Assembly: GCA_010909165.1 (NCBI GenBank)
Contig: MU008186.1
Location: 248,001 to 312,000 of the forward strand
DNA from: Anthoceros angustus
Lineage: Eukaryota > Plantae > Anthocerotophyta
Reading direction: 5' to 3'
Length of the DNA stretch: 64,000 nucleotides
A program made the translations under genes and the position numbers. The notes below the pieces were generated by a model that was not told the origin of the DNA, did not search any database, and saw only the letters and a list, made by a program, of their open reading frames with translations. Shown here piece by piece: positions 37,701 to 48,474 of the stretch (position 1 is the first letter of the stretch; the number at the start of each line of letters is the position of its first letter).

Positions 37701-38710
37701 AACAGGAAAATACTTACTTCTGCAGTTAGCCCGACAATAAGTGAAACACAAGCACAAATCACAAGCATTATCAATGTTTCGTCTTTACAAGCCTCCCACG
37801 CAAACCTCTGTTGCAGGCAACCACTTTGGATGTTACAACTCCAAGGAAAGCTGGCAAAGCCGCAGGACAGCGGCAAACCAACTGCAAGAGAAAGAGCACA
37901 AACAAAAGAGAAAAGGGGAAGGAATGCACTGCAGCACATCAGAAGAGATGAACGCGCACCCAGAACGGTTTGGACTTTTTGCAGGAAACGTGTTTGTCCC
38001 AAAGACGTGGTCCTCGTTTCCAACTCGGCCCGACCGCCCTCAATGCCTGCCTTGGCATCCACTTTCAGTGCCGCTGCCACTGCTGCAACACCTCCGTAGC
38101 TCTGAAGAGCTGGAAAGCTACTATGTAACTCGGCTAAGTCACTACATGACAAACTGAACTGCGTCATGCCTTCCCGGTCCGACTTCCAAACCGTATCCTA
38201 AATCGGCGGTCCCTCACCTGCACTGCAAACGACCGGAGCCATGAGTACCTGAAAGCGTGAAGATAAACTGGACCCAATGACAGGAAAACCACGCTAAGCT
38301 CAATAGCTTCTGCAGGGCTTCCTGAGCACTGCTTTGAACAAGAAGATTGTGAACAAGGCCACGAGGTTGCAATCCAAACATACCGAAACGTGATTAGCAA
38401 CACCAGATGCCAGCAAGCAGCTCAGAAGCTCCACTTCTCAGGAACAAAGTGACTATCCCGCTCAACAAAGCAGCGGACAATTCTTGTGGCTACTTTCCAG
38501 GAACATCGAAGTCCCTCTGTGAGTCAAAAGAGCAACAACAAGTGCTCGACTACCACAAGAAAGGGCAGAATTGCAGTTGGAGTGAGGGAATACTATCTTT
38601 GCAATCTCCATTCCTTGCCAGTTGAATGCCTGTCTGACGCTAACTCCTGATGCCGAGAAAACGATGCCGAAGCTGAAAAGACACGCCGCCATTTCTACTG
38701 ACGGCTGCAA
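31749..38710 (-). CDS. Autoinhibited Ca2+-ATPase (P2B/ACA type), many exons; 5' end uncertain and containing apparent indels
   Basis: Exons encode [85 protein letters not shown] (phosphorylation site), [46 protein letters not shown] and [10 protein letters not shown]. Confidence 0.92.
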
Positions 38711-41700
38711 AGCGGCATCCGGAAGCCTCCATCAACCAAACCAGAACCAGCGAGTATACCATAGTAACTACCGCGTCCACAACCGGCACAAAACGACTCA
38801 AGAAGGTGCGGAAAATCGTGTCTTAGGCGCCATAGCCAGGCCAATCCAAAGCTATTAGGTCTCGAATTGCTGCTGCTGCCAACCACTCCTGTCGACAGAT
38901 AGTGTCCGCGTCTCGCGTCTCGCGTCTTGCCCTCTCGGGGTTGCTGCTTGCAATGGCTGCTCGATACGCGATTCGCGAAACGCGTCTCCTTCGGAACGAC
39001 AGACTCAGAGTTTTACCAGTTCGCGGCGACAAGCCTTACAACTCCCTACCAGGAATGAGCGCGACATGTGTGATAGTTTGGAAGGTCTAGTCCGGTGGAG
39101 GGGTTTCGCCGATGGCCTGACTGGGTTTCGCCGGTGGCCTGACTAGGTTTCGCCGGATCCGGAAGGGCCGTGGTCTGGGGAAAAATGTAAGTGGGGCGGG
39201 GCACATACATATTCGAAGACCGAAGCCCTCTTCCTACATAGCTCGCAGGTAGTAGCGCCTGTGGCAGAAGAGACGTTTTAGTCCTCTGAGGAGTCTTGAA
39301 TTTCGTGGGAATTGGTGCTTGTGCGAAGGAGCGCTGATGGCAGGAAGGGCACGCAACGCAAGGAGAGGTTCATGATGTGAGGATGCGGCAGCTGAAGTAC
39401 ATATTTCAACATGTCATGTTAAAAGTCACAACGTTGTTACATAAAACAATTATTTACCGTATCATAAGTACTCCAAACACCACAACTGCAACAAACAATC
39501 CAACTTTCCCTATCATGGTTGCCAATAAGTTAAGTTGTATTTGCAGAGGGGTTTCCTCGGCATTATCTTCACTCAAAGTTGCCATCACCCTACCCCATTC
39601 TCAGATTCATACCTCACGGTCACACCGCACATTAGATAACACTTTAACATAATATCCTAATAGATTTTTAGAAATTATCTATTGGAAACAACCTAATCAT
39701 TGATCAATATTATGAGCAAAGTTACTAACCACGAATGATCCAAACCATCTAGCACCTTGCAGCGATAATAGTGATGGACTACTTGCATCTTTGTGCTGCA
39801 TTCACATCAACATTACATTGCATATTCATTGTGATTATATCAACAAAATTGAAGTGGATGAAGAAAAATAAAAAAGGGCTCTCATGTAATAAAGAGAGAT
39901 AAGGTGAAGAAAAAGATGGCGTGATCACTTTCACCACCATACTTGACTCATCGATTGTTAAAGGTTGCGTTGAAACTAGCAGCCCATCTGCAGGTATCTG
40001 TTAAGTGAAAGGAATCTTTGAATAAGTCCAAAATCGTGAAATATATGGTATTTTACAAGTATATATTTTAGTTTAAATTGTACAAAGCTTGATCTTGACC
40101 TGATCACCAATATTGAGATGCACAATATCTCCAACCACAATGTCAAATATGCAAACATTTTCACGCTTTTCCGATCTTGAAACCTATAAAAATATGCATC
40201 GTTATCACTTGAAAACTTCAATATTCAATGTCAATCGATAATTCAACTCCTCTAAGTATTTTCTTTAGTAACATTTTATATAGATAGATATATTGATCAA
40301 TGTTGATATACATATAAGTACATACGGTGAGAAATATCTTCTGTTTTTCGTTGTTCAGCCGTTGAAACTGTAATGACTGTTGATAGTTGCTTATTGCTGA
40401 GATAATAATATTTAATATTGTTTAAAAATCTCTATTTTTTAATAAAATTTTATATTAAAGGAAAACTTACCCAATAATACTTACAGCTTACTAACACCAC
40501 AAGGATAACGGCAAAGCCAATTCCAGCTCCATCATACCAACCTTCGGAAGGATCCTTGTGAATATTCAAAACTTTCCTGAGATGACTTATGATGCTTACA
40601 TTTCCATAGTTAACTTATGATGCTTATTTTCCCTTACTTTCACTATAGATCCTTATTAGATCCTTATTATTTGTTGCAGATATGAGATTTTCAAGGAAAC
40701 AGGAAAATACTTACTTCTGCAGTTAGCCCGACAATAAGTGAAACACAAGCACAAATCACAAGCATTATCAATGTTTCGTCTTTACAAGCCTCCCACGCAA
40801 ACCTCTGTTGCAGGCAACCACTTTGGATGTTACAACTCCAAGGAAAGCTGGCAAAGCCGCAGGACAGCGGCAAACCAACTGCAAGAGAAAGAGCACAAAC
40901 AAAAGAGAAAAGGGGAAGGAATGCACTGCAGCACATCAGAAGAGATGAACGCGCACCCAGAACGGTTTGGACTTTTTGCAGGAAACGTGTTTGTCCCAAA
41001 GACGTGGTCCTCGTTTCCAACTCGGCCCGACCGCCCTCAATGCCTGCCTTGGCATCCACTTTCAGTGCCGCTGCCACTGCTGCAACACCTCCGTAGCTCT
41101 GAAGAGCTGGAAAGCTACTATGTAACTCGGCTAAGTCACTACATGACAAACTGAACTGCGTCATGCCTTCCCGGTCCGACTTCCAAACCGTATCCTAAAT
41201 CGGCGGTCCCTCACCTGCACTGCAAACGACCGGAGCCATGAGTACCTGAAAGCGTGAAGATAAACTGGACCCAATGACAGGAAAACCACGCTAAGCTCAA
41301 TAGCTTCTGCAGGGCTTCCTGAGCACTGCTTTGAACAAGAAGATTGTGAACAAGGCCACGAGGTTGCAATCCAAACATACCGAAACGTGATTAGCAACAC
41401 CAGATGCCAGCAAGCAGCTCAGAAGCTCCACTTCTCAGGAACAAAGTGACTATCCCGCTCAACAAAGCAGCGGACAATTCTTGTGGCTACTTTCCAGGAA
41501 CATCGAAGTCCCTCTGTGAGTCAAAAGAGCAACAACAAGTGCTCGACTACCACAAGAAAGGGCAGAATTGCAGTTGGAGTGAGGGAATACTATCTTTGCA
41601 ATCTCCATTCCTTGCCAGTTGAATGCCTGTCTGACGCTAACTCCTGATGCCGAGAAAACGATGCCGAAGCTGAAAAGACACGCCGCCATTTCTACTGACG

Positions 41701-42397
41701 GCTGCAAAGCGGCATCCGGAAGCCTCCATCAACCAAACCAGAACCAGCGAGTATACCATAGTAACTACCGCGTCCACAACCGGCACAAAACGACTCAAGA
41801 AGGTGCGGAAAATCGTGTCTTAGGCGCCATAGCCAGGCCAATCCAAAGCTATTAGGTCTCGAATTGCTGCTGCTGCCAACCACTCCTGTCGACAGATAGT
41901 GTCCGCGTCTCGCGTCTCGCGTCTTGCCCTCTCGGGGTTGCTGCTTGCAATGGCTGCTCGATACGCGATTCGCGAAACGCGTCTCCTTCGGAACGACAGA
42001 CTCAGAGTTTTACCAGTTCGCGGCGACAAGCCTTACAACTCCCTACCAGGAATGAGCGCGACATGTGTGATAGTTTGGAAGGTCTAGTCCGGTGGAGGGG
42101 GGTTTCGCCGATGGCCTGACTGGGTTTCGCCGGTGGCCTGACTAGGTTTCGCCGGATCCGGAAGGGCCGTGGTCTGGGGAAAAAATGTAAGTGGGGCGGG
42201 GCACATACATATTCGAAGACCCGAAGCCCTCTTCCTACATAGCTCGCAGGTAGTAGCGCCTGTGGCAGAAGAGACGTTTTAGTCCTCTGAGGAGTCTTGA
42301 ATTTCGTGGGAATTGGTGCTTGTGCGAAGGAGCGCTGATGGCAGGAAGGGCACGCAACGCAAGGAGAGGTTCATGATGTGAGGATGCGGCAGCTGAA
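36382..42397. repeat. ~3.0-kb tandem duplication (36382-39396 / 39397-42397) of the ACA 5' exons and promoter
   Basis: ORF track entries are identical at an offset of 2997 (37694/40691, 38164/41161 and others). The junction has GT microhomology. Small indels cluster at 39590-40200 of copy 2. Confidence 0.97.
39397..41707 (-). pseudogene. Truncated duplicate of the ACA 5' exons, with extra indels in the exons and at a splice donor
   Basis: Copy 2 has ATGGTGGTGAAAGTGATCACGCC where copy 1 has ATGACTGGTGAAAGTGATCCTGTACGCC, and its GMNTEWG exon is disrupted. No downstream exons follow before the copy-1 promoter. Confidence 0.7.
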
Positions 42398-42703
42398 GTG
42401 TTCTTGAATTTGTGCGTCGGGTGATCCGGGTGGCGTGGCTGGCTTACTAGATTGGAATGCGAGGAGGAAGGGGATTAGGGCAAGCGAGCTCCATGTGAAT
42501 TGGTGCAGCAGGAATTGGCAGGGTGGGAGATAGGGATGGTGGTGGTCCTTAGGAGGAGGAGGGGAAGGAGGAGGGATGGCGAGGTGAGGGTATGGAGTGC
42601 ACTAAACGTTGTGGGAGCTGGAGCTGGAGCAGGCGCAGGTTAGGGGAGGGCTGGTGGAGATGCGATGGAGGAAGGGCGGGGAAGGGAGTAGGTGAATGAA
42701 TGA

Positions 42704-44389
42704 ATGATGTGTGCAGCTGCGGAGCGGGTGATCAGCCGGCAGGAGGATATTAATCAGCGGCATCCGCAACAGGGCAGCAGTGGTGGGGAGCAGGGCGCAG
42801 GGTTGCGGCAGAACAGCAATCACCATGGCAATGCAGCAGGGGCGGGTGGTGGTGGTGGCAGGGTGATGCTCAGCCGGGCTAAGAGAGTGGCGCCCCCGAT
42901 AAGCGGGGCTGTATGGGCGCCTTCCGCAGGGCAGGCTGATGGTGTGGTCATGGTGCCGGTGCAGCAGCTTGGGCGCATGATGCCTGGAAGCGCTCGCGTC
43001 AACTTGCTGGAGATGAAGGCCAAGTTGTGCAAGATCCTGGGGCCTGCAAGGGAGGGTCGGTACTGGGTTCTGCTCTCCAGCTTTCTGGCCTTCAAGCTGA
43101 GCAAGCAGGAGCTGGAGAAGCAGCTGCCGGCTGCCATCGGGCTGGAGAACATCTCGCTGCATAATGAGTTTCTGCGGGCTATCCTGTTCAACGCCCTGTC
43201 GGGTGAGGCTCCCTCTCCTCCTCCTCCTGCTCCTCAGTCTAACAGCAACAGCCCATGTGGGTACAACGCTACGTCTCTCAACTCGCATGATACCTCCAAG
43301 CCTGTTAAGGGCGTGCGGAGGAGGCCAGTGTCGTCCCCGGTTGCCAGCGACGAGCTCGCGTCGTCCCCAGGGCAGCCTTCTCCCACGGGGGCTATTGCCA
43401 CGCCTGTGTGGTCCAATGGGGATGCTATCACGTCCCCTCGGAAGGGTAGGTCCGGCATCCGAGACCGCAAGGCCAAGGACAGGCCAAGTCCCCTGGGCCT
43501 GCCCAAGTTGAGTGAAGCTCAAGCACTTCCTGGACAGGACAGGTTGGATCAGTCGGCGGGGGTGGGGTTTAGAGTAGTGCCTGATCTTTCCAGGTCACTG
43601 GAGCAGGTGGAGAACGCTGTTGATCAGTCACAGTATCCCTCTGCCAAGCGGGTCAAGCATGAGTTGCATCTGGTCAATGGCGTGGCGGCTGCTCATGATG
43701 TTCCAACTGCTGATGAGGTTGATGGTACAGAGGAGGAAGAAGGCGTGGTTTGGACCACCAGGCCTCTTCAGGCTCCTCTGGGAATACCCTTTTGCAGGGC
43801 AAGCGTTGGTGCTCCTCAGAAAGCAACGGCCTCGGCTGTCCCCGGGCCACTGACCTTCTCGTTGCTAGGTTATGGCATAGAGGAGGAGTGTCTTGAAGCG
43901 AGCGACATGTTGCCAGACACTTCATCTTTGCTGAGAAGAATGCAGCAGACCGCTGTTGCAGAGAGGGGGCTTCAAGGAGTCACCTTTGAGGCTGCCAATG
44001 TACTTAATCATGGGATTGACGCTTATCTCAAGCGAATTCTTGAACCTGCTGTGAAGTTGGCACAGTGCCGACGTTACAGAGGTCAAACAGAGTCATCTAC
44101 AGAGTCCCTTCCTGGTGGAGAATCCTTTAGGGCTACAGGGGCGAATGGTGTTTGCAGTGTGTTCCCTCAGAAACGCACTCTGAACGGTGCATGGTTGTCA
44201 CATCCCTCTGGTCACGTTGAGGGAGTTGGAGGCATGGGGGAAGGAGCACCATGTGAGAATGAGAAGACTCGTCCTCTAATTACACCTGCGGACTTGATGG
44301 GTGTTTTGGAGATGAATGCATCGCCTTTGCTGGGTGAAGACTGGGCTCTTCTACTTGAAAAATTGTCTTTGCGACTCATGGACAGATGA
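42704..44389 (+). CDS. ADA1: Transcriptional coactivator Hfi1/ADA1 (SAGA-Tad1 domain), intronless
   Basis: RVNLLEMKAKLCKILGP....RYWVLLSSFLAFKLSKQELEK...IGLENISLHNEFLRAILFNA, plus C-terminal APLGIPFC, GVTFEAANVLNHGIDAYLKRI and LLGEDWALLLEKLS. Confidence 0.85.
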   Translation: MMCAAAERVISRQEDINQRHPQQGSSGGEQGAGLRQNSNHHGNAAGAGGGGGRVMLSRAKRVAPPISGAVWAPSAGQADGVVMVPVQQLGRMMPGSARVNLLEMKAKLCKILGPAREGRYWVLLSSFLAFKLSKQELEKQLPAAIGLENISLHNEFLRAILFNALSGEAPSPPPPAPQSNSNSPCGYNATSLNSHDTSKPVKGVRRRPVSSPVASDELASSPGQPSPTGAIATPVWSNGDAITSPRKGRSGIRDRKAKDRPSPLGLPKLSEAQALPGQDRLDQSAGVGFRVVPDLSRSLEQVENAVDQSQYPSAKRVKHELHLVNGVAAAHDVPTADEVDGTEEEEGVVWTTRPLQAPLGIPFCRASVGAPQKATASAVPGPLTFSLLGYGIEEECLEASDMLPDTSSLLRRMQQTAVAERGLQGVTFEAANVLNHGIDAYLKRILEPAVKLAQCRRYRGQTESSTESLPGGESFRATGANGVCSVFPQKRTLNGAWLSHPSGHVEGVGGMGEGAPCENEKTRPLITPADLMGVLEMNASPLLGEDWALLLEKLSLRLMDR

Positions 44390-45686
44390 CAGGTACTGTT
44401 TGGTCCTTTCTTCTCAAGTAGTTGAAGGTGTTGCATGCATGTTGAACCTGATTACTCATCCTGACTGATGTTTGGGCAGAATCCGTCTGTAGGCTTTGCT
44501 GTGAGTCCTATTCAATTTATCATTTCCTGCATTTGGGGATACTCGAGGGCATAAGCTCAGATTCTTATTCTGCTTTCAAGCTTAAGGTGTATGGCCTGAA
44601 GCTTCTGGCAGGTGGTCCAAATCATTTTTGACAGCTTTCTTTCCACAATTTCTTTGGAGCAGCTTGATGCTGACGTCATGTCTGTAAAGCTGGAGCTCAG
44701 ATTATAGTATTTCTGTTAAAAGCCTTTGTTTTGCTTGCAGACAATTATGTGTGGACTTCTTTCAGCTCGCAAGCTGTGAGATGCAGGTAGAGTAAACTTT
44801 CATTTATTATTGCTCAAATTTAGAATCCTTTGCCCACAAGTCCTTAAGTCCTGGCCTTTGGTATGCATTGAGAGTGCGTTTGAAGGTATGCAGACCAGCA
44901 CTTCATACATATTTGCAGGCAAGTATGAAGTTACTCTTGCCATGTAGCCTGCTTTTGATCCTAACCGAAAGATGGACTGCAAATTGACTGCGCTTGATTC
45001 AGAGATGCTTAAAGCTGATCAGAGCCGAATTTCATGTATGTTCACTCATATTTGCTGGTTAATTTCACTAACATATGACAGCGTTAAGAATTTTGCTTTC
45101 CTGGGAATGCAATATCGATGCTGTATGCTTTCCTGTAGTGGGACATTGTCTGCCTGGTACTTTTGCATCTTGTCTCTCACACCGTCATTGTGCAGCAGCA
45201 GGCACCTAATCGGGTGGTACGAGGATTGCAATTCCCAAGATGTCAAGAGGTGGACAAGAAAACCACTATGGCAGCATCAAGTCGCAAATCTGTGGAGTGG
45301 ATACTTTGCTTATTGATGGTGTGATGCTGCGGTAACGGTTGACTTGTTTGCCTTCAATTCTTGTGATGATTCAGCACATGGTGTTCAGGGAAAGTGATGC
45401 CGTTCAAGACACTGATCGGCAGATTTTTCCCAAAATCTAGGTTAGTTCATTCTTTGTGTCCCTTTAGTGCGATGGGACCATCACTCCTCCATTGTCATCG
45501 ACAAGTGGTGGCAGAATTCCAACAGGAGAACCCGTTTGTCAGCAATGCTAAGGGTGTTTCTTGTAAGCTCCTTGATGCATAAGTACCCCTGGCTGGGCGA
45601 TGAAAGGCAAGTATCTCTGCAGCTTAAAGTTTTTGGAGGCTCTTGAGCAAGGCTCAATAGAAGTTATTCTTCGTTGCGCCTCTGCT

Positions 45687-46665
45687 GGCTTGGTTGAAGC
45701 CCAGATAATGTAAACCATTGTACACTATTTTTTTTTGCCGAATATGTTAGCGCAGGAGATTACTCGAATCTTGTTTAATCATGTTTTGCTGTTCCGAATC
45801 ACAGCTGCTAGCATCACGCGGTAAGTGGGCTTTGGGTGTACTGCGAGTGCCGCCTGTCACACGATCTGGGTCGTTGAATCTGGTCGAGGTACACATTTTG
45901 CCTGGAGCTCATCGCCAAAAAAAAGATTTGTCTGGGTCTCATCGCAATAACAAAATTTGCCTGGAGCGTTCGTTCCGTTCCAAGAACCTGATCCTCAAGT
46001 CCTCCCCAGCCCTCGAGCGTTAGGCGAGTTGCATTGTTTTGCAGTATTTATATAATACTAAAGATGTAAATATGTCTCTTAGTATGCATAACTTCCTCGC
46101 CTTTGGCCCAACCTTGCATCCAAACCTTGATTCAGACGGTTTCTTTTGTACCTCGATGACAATCCGCTTGGCTTGGTTGAAGCCCAGATAATGTAAACCA
46201 TTGTACACTATTTTTTTTTGCCGAATATGTTAGCGCAGGAGATTACTCGAATCTTGTTTAATCATGTTTTGCTGTTCCGAATCACAGCTGCTAGCATCAC
46301 GCGGTAAGTGGGCTTTGGGTGTACTGCGAGTGCCGCCTGTCACACGATCTGGGTCGTTGAATCTGGTCGAGGTACACATTTTGCCTGGAGCTCATCGCCA
46401 AAAAAAAGATTTGTCTGGGTCTCATCGCAATAACAAAATTTGCCTGGAGCGTTCGTTCCGTTCCAAGAACCTGATCCTCAAGTCCTCCCCAGCCCTCGAG
46501 CGTTAGGCGAGTTGCATTGTTTTGCAGTATTTATATAATACTAAAGATGTAAATATGTCTCTTAGTATGCATAACTTCCTCGCCTTTGGCCCAACCTTGC
46601 ATCCAAACCTTCTGATTCGTATCGGTTTCTTTTTGTACCTCGATGACAATCCGCTTGGGCTTGGT
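45687..46665. repeat. 483-bp tandem duplication bounded by GGCTTGGT microhomology
   Basis: ORFs 45781-46023 and 46264-46506 are identical. GGCTTGGT occurs at 45687, 46170 and ~46658. Confidence 0.95.
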
Positions 46666-46723
46666 CCAACCTCTGGCCTATTCTCTCATGATGTGCAGCT
46701 GTGGGGCTTCCGTTATACATTCT

Positions 46724-47320
46724 GGGATCCACTTAGCTCGTTGTCCGATTGCTGGGTCATTGAGTGCATTGTGGGGCCCCTCTAAACGATTCCGGGACCC
46801 ACGTAGCTCGTTGTCCAATTGGTGAGCCAGTGAGTGCATTGTGAGGCCCTCTACACCATTATGGGACCCACTTAGCTCGTTGTCCAATTAGTGGGCCACT
46901 GAGTGCATTGCTACACATGACGTCATGTTCTCCAAACGCAACGCATTGTTCGGACGGGACCTCATGCATTGTTCGGACCGGGACGTCATACCTCACAATG
47001 CACTCACTGGCTCACAAATTGGACAACGAGCTAAGTGGGTCCCTGAATGTTGTAGAGGGCCTCACAATGCACTCACTGGCCCACTAATTGGACAACGAGC
47101 TAAGTGGGTCCCATAATGGTATAGAGGGCCTCATAATGCACTCAGTGGCCCACTAATTGGACAACGAGCTAAGTAGGTCCCAGCATACATTAAACCCTAA
47201 ACCCTAAACCATTCTGGGACCCACTTAGCTCGTTGTCCAATTAGTGGGCCACTGAGTGCATTGCTACACACGAGTCATGTTCTCCAAAGGTAATGCATTG
47301 TTCGGACGTCATGTTCTCCA
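46724..47320. repeat. Palindromic array of ~70-bp units (3 forward, spacer, 3 reverse, telomere repeats, 1 forward)
   Basis: CCACTTAGCTCGTTGTCCAATTAGTGGGCCACTGAGTGCATTG is forward at ~46728, 46798, 46867 and 47220. Its reverse complement lies at ~46995-47183. Confidence 0.9.
47191..47210. repeat. Interstitial plant telomere-type repeat (TAAACCC)x2.9
   Basis: TAAACCCTAAACCCTAAACC, read directly. Confidence 0.85.
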
Positions 47321-47990
47321 TTGCTAGGAAGAGCGGATTCTTTTCTTTCTGGGAGCACATATTCTTTGCCTCAAGAAAGTTTTTCTCAGGGGCCGACATA
47401 TTTCTGACTCGGGGCACCAGGTCTTTGTTGCAGATGTGGTTATTACAGACCCTAATCGGGACTCCGTCTACGAGCATGTCATCGTCAACCTTCCGGGTTG
47501 GGTGGCGAAGGGATGCGCTACAGCCAAGGTCCACAAGTACATCCCCATGTAGAAAGGCCATACTTTCATTCCCCTTGCGACTGAGACTCACGAGGCTATG
47601 GGCAAGGACTTCTCGAGGTTTATCAAAGCTTGTGCTAATGCATACCACATCCGCAACAACAGCATAGATATCCTCTTTCCAGTGTGGTGGCTTTCTTTCA
47701 ACAACAAGTATTCATTAACTTGACAATGGCTTTCTTTCAACAACAAGTATTCATTAACTTGACAAACGCAATTTTCAGGACAGCTTTGAACGCGAGGGAT
47801 ACAGCATCTCTAGGACAGCTTTGAACGCGAGGGATGCAGCATCTCCAGCTGCAATGATAAGTAGGCCCTTCCTTATTTCAGACTATGACATCCTGCGAGC
47901 GGTATGTAGCTTCAGGGTAGACAATTGGCGGTGCCTTGGCATTGTGCCCTTTAGAGAGTTGTTCCCTACCGCCCCCCGTGGTGTAGATGG
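47320..47990 (+). mobile_element. Second relic of the same CRE-like RLE non-LTR family, with local 40-bp and 35-bp duplications in its 3' part
   Basis: ARKSGFFSFWEH..ADIFL / QVFVADVVITDP...PGWVAKGCATAKVHKY...FIPLATETHEAMGKDFSRFIKACA...VVAFFQQQV is clearly homologous at DNA level to 2773-3100. Confidence 0.65.
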
Positions 47991-48474
47991 GACTTACAAT
48001 CTTTGAATATTTATAAAATTTCCACATTCTCGTATAAAAAATTATATGATAATATGTATATATATATAATAAGGTCCTTCGAAGAGAAAGCTATGTATGT
48101 CATGAAAGCTCCATATTACTTCATACCTTTTTTAAACATATTAGTTTAAAATAAAAAACTTAACTAAGTATAGGTTAATATTATTCTATTTTATAATAAA
48201 CTATTATATATATATACTTGACCGATCAGCCCTATAGATGAAATCCATCCTAAATGGATAAAATTCTTCTTCTCAAATTAGAGCACGGGAATATATACAG
48301 GCTAGCAAATGTCATTTAGACTCAGCCCTTAAAAATGTTCTCCGGCATGAAAAAACTTTATACATAATATTTCTTGTACTAAGAAATCTCTATCGTTCTA
48401 CAAAAATCAAAATGTACTACCTACTCTATTATGGGTAAGTATAACATTGGTTTTAACTCTAGATATTTCCAGTA

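Noticed and set aside
42602-43522. 306-aa minus-strand ORF
   Set aside because: Antisense shadow of GC-rich ADA1 coding sequence.
46724-47320. Repeat array as a CRISPR-like locus
   Set aside because: No unique spacers, units are contiguous and partly inverted, the context is eukaryotic, and there are no cas genes.
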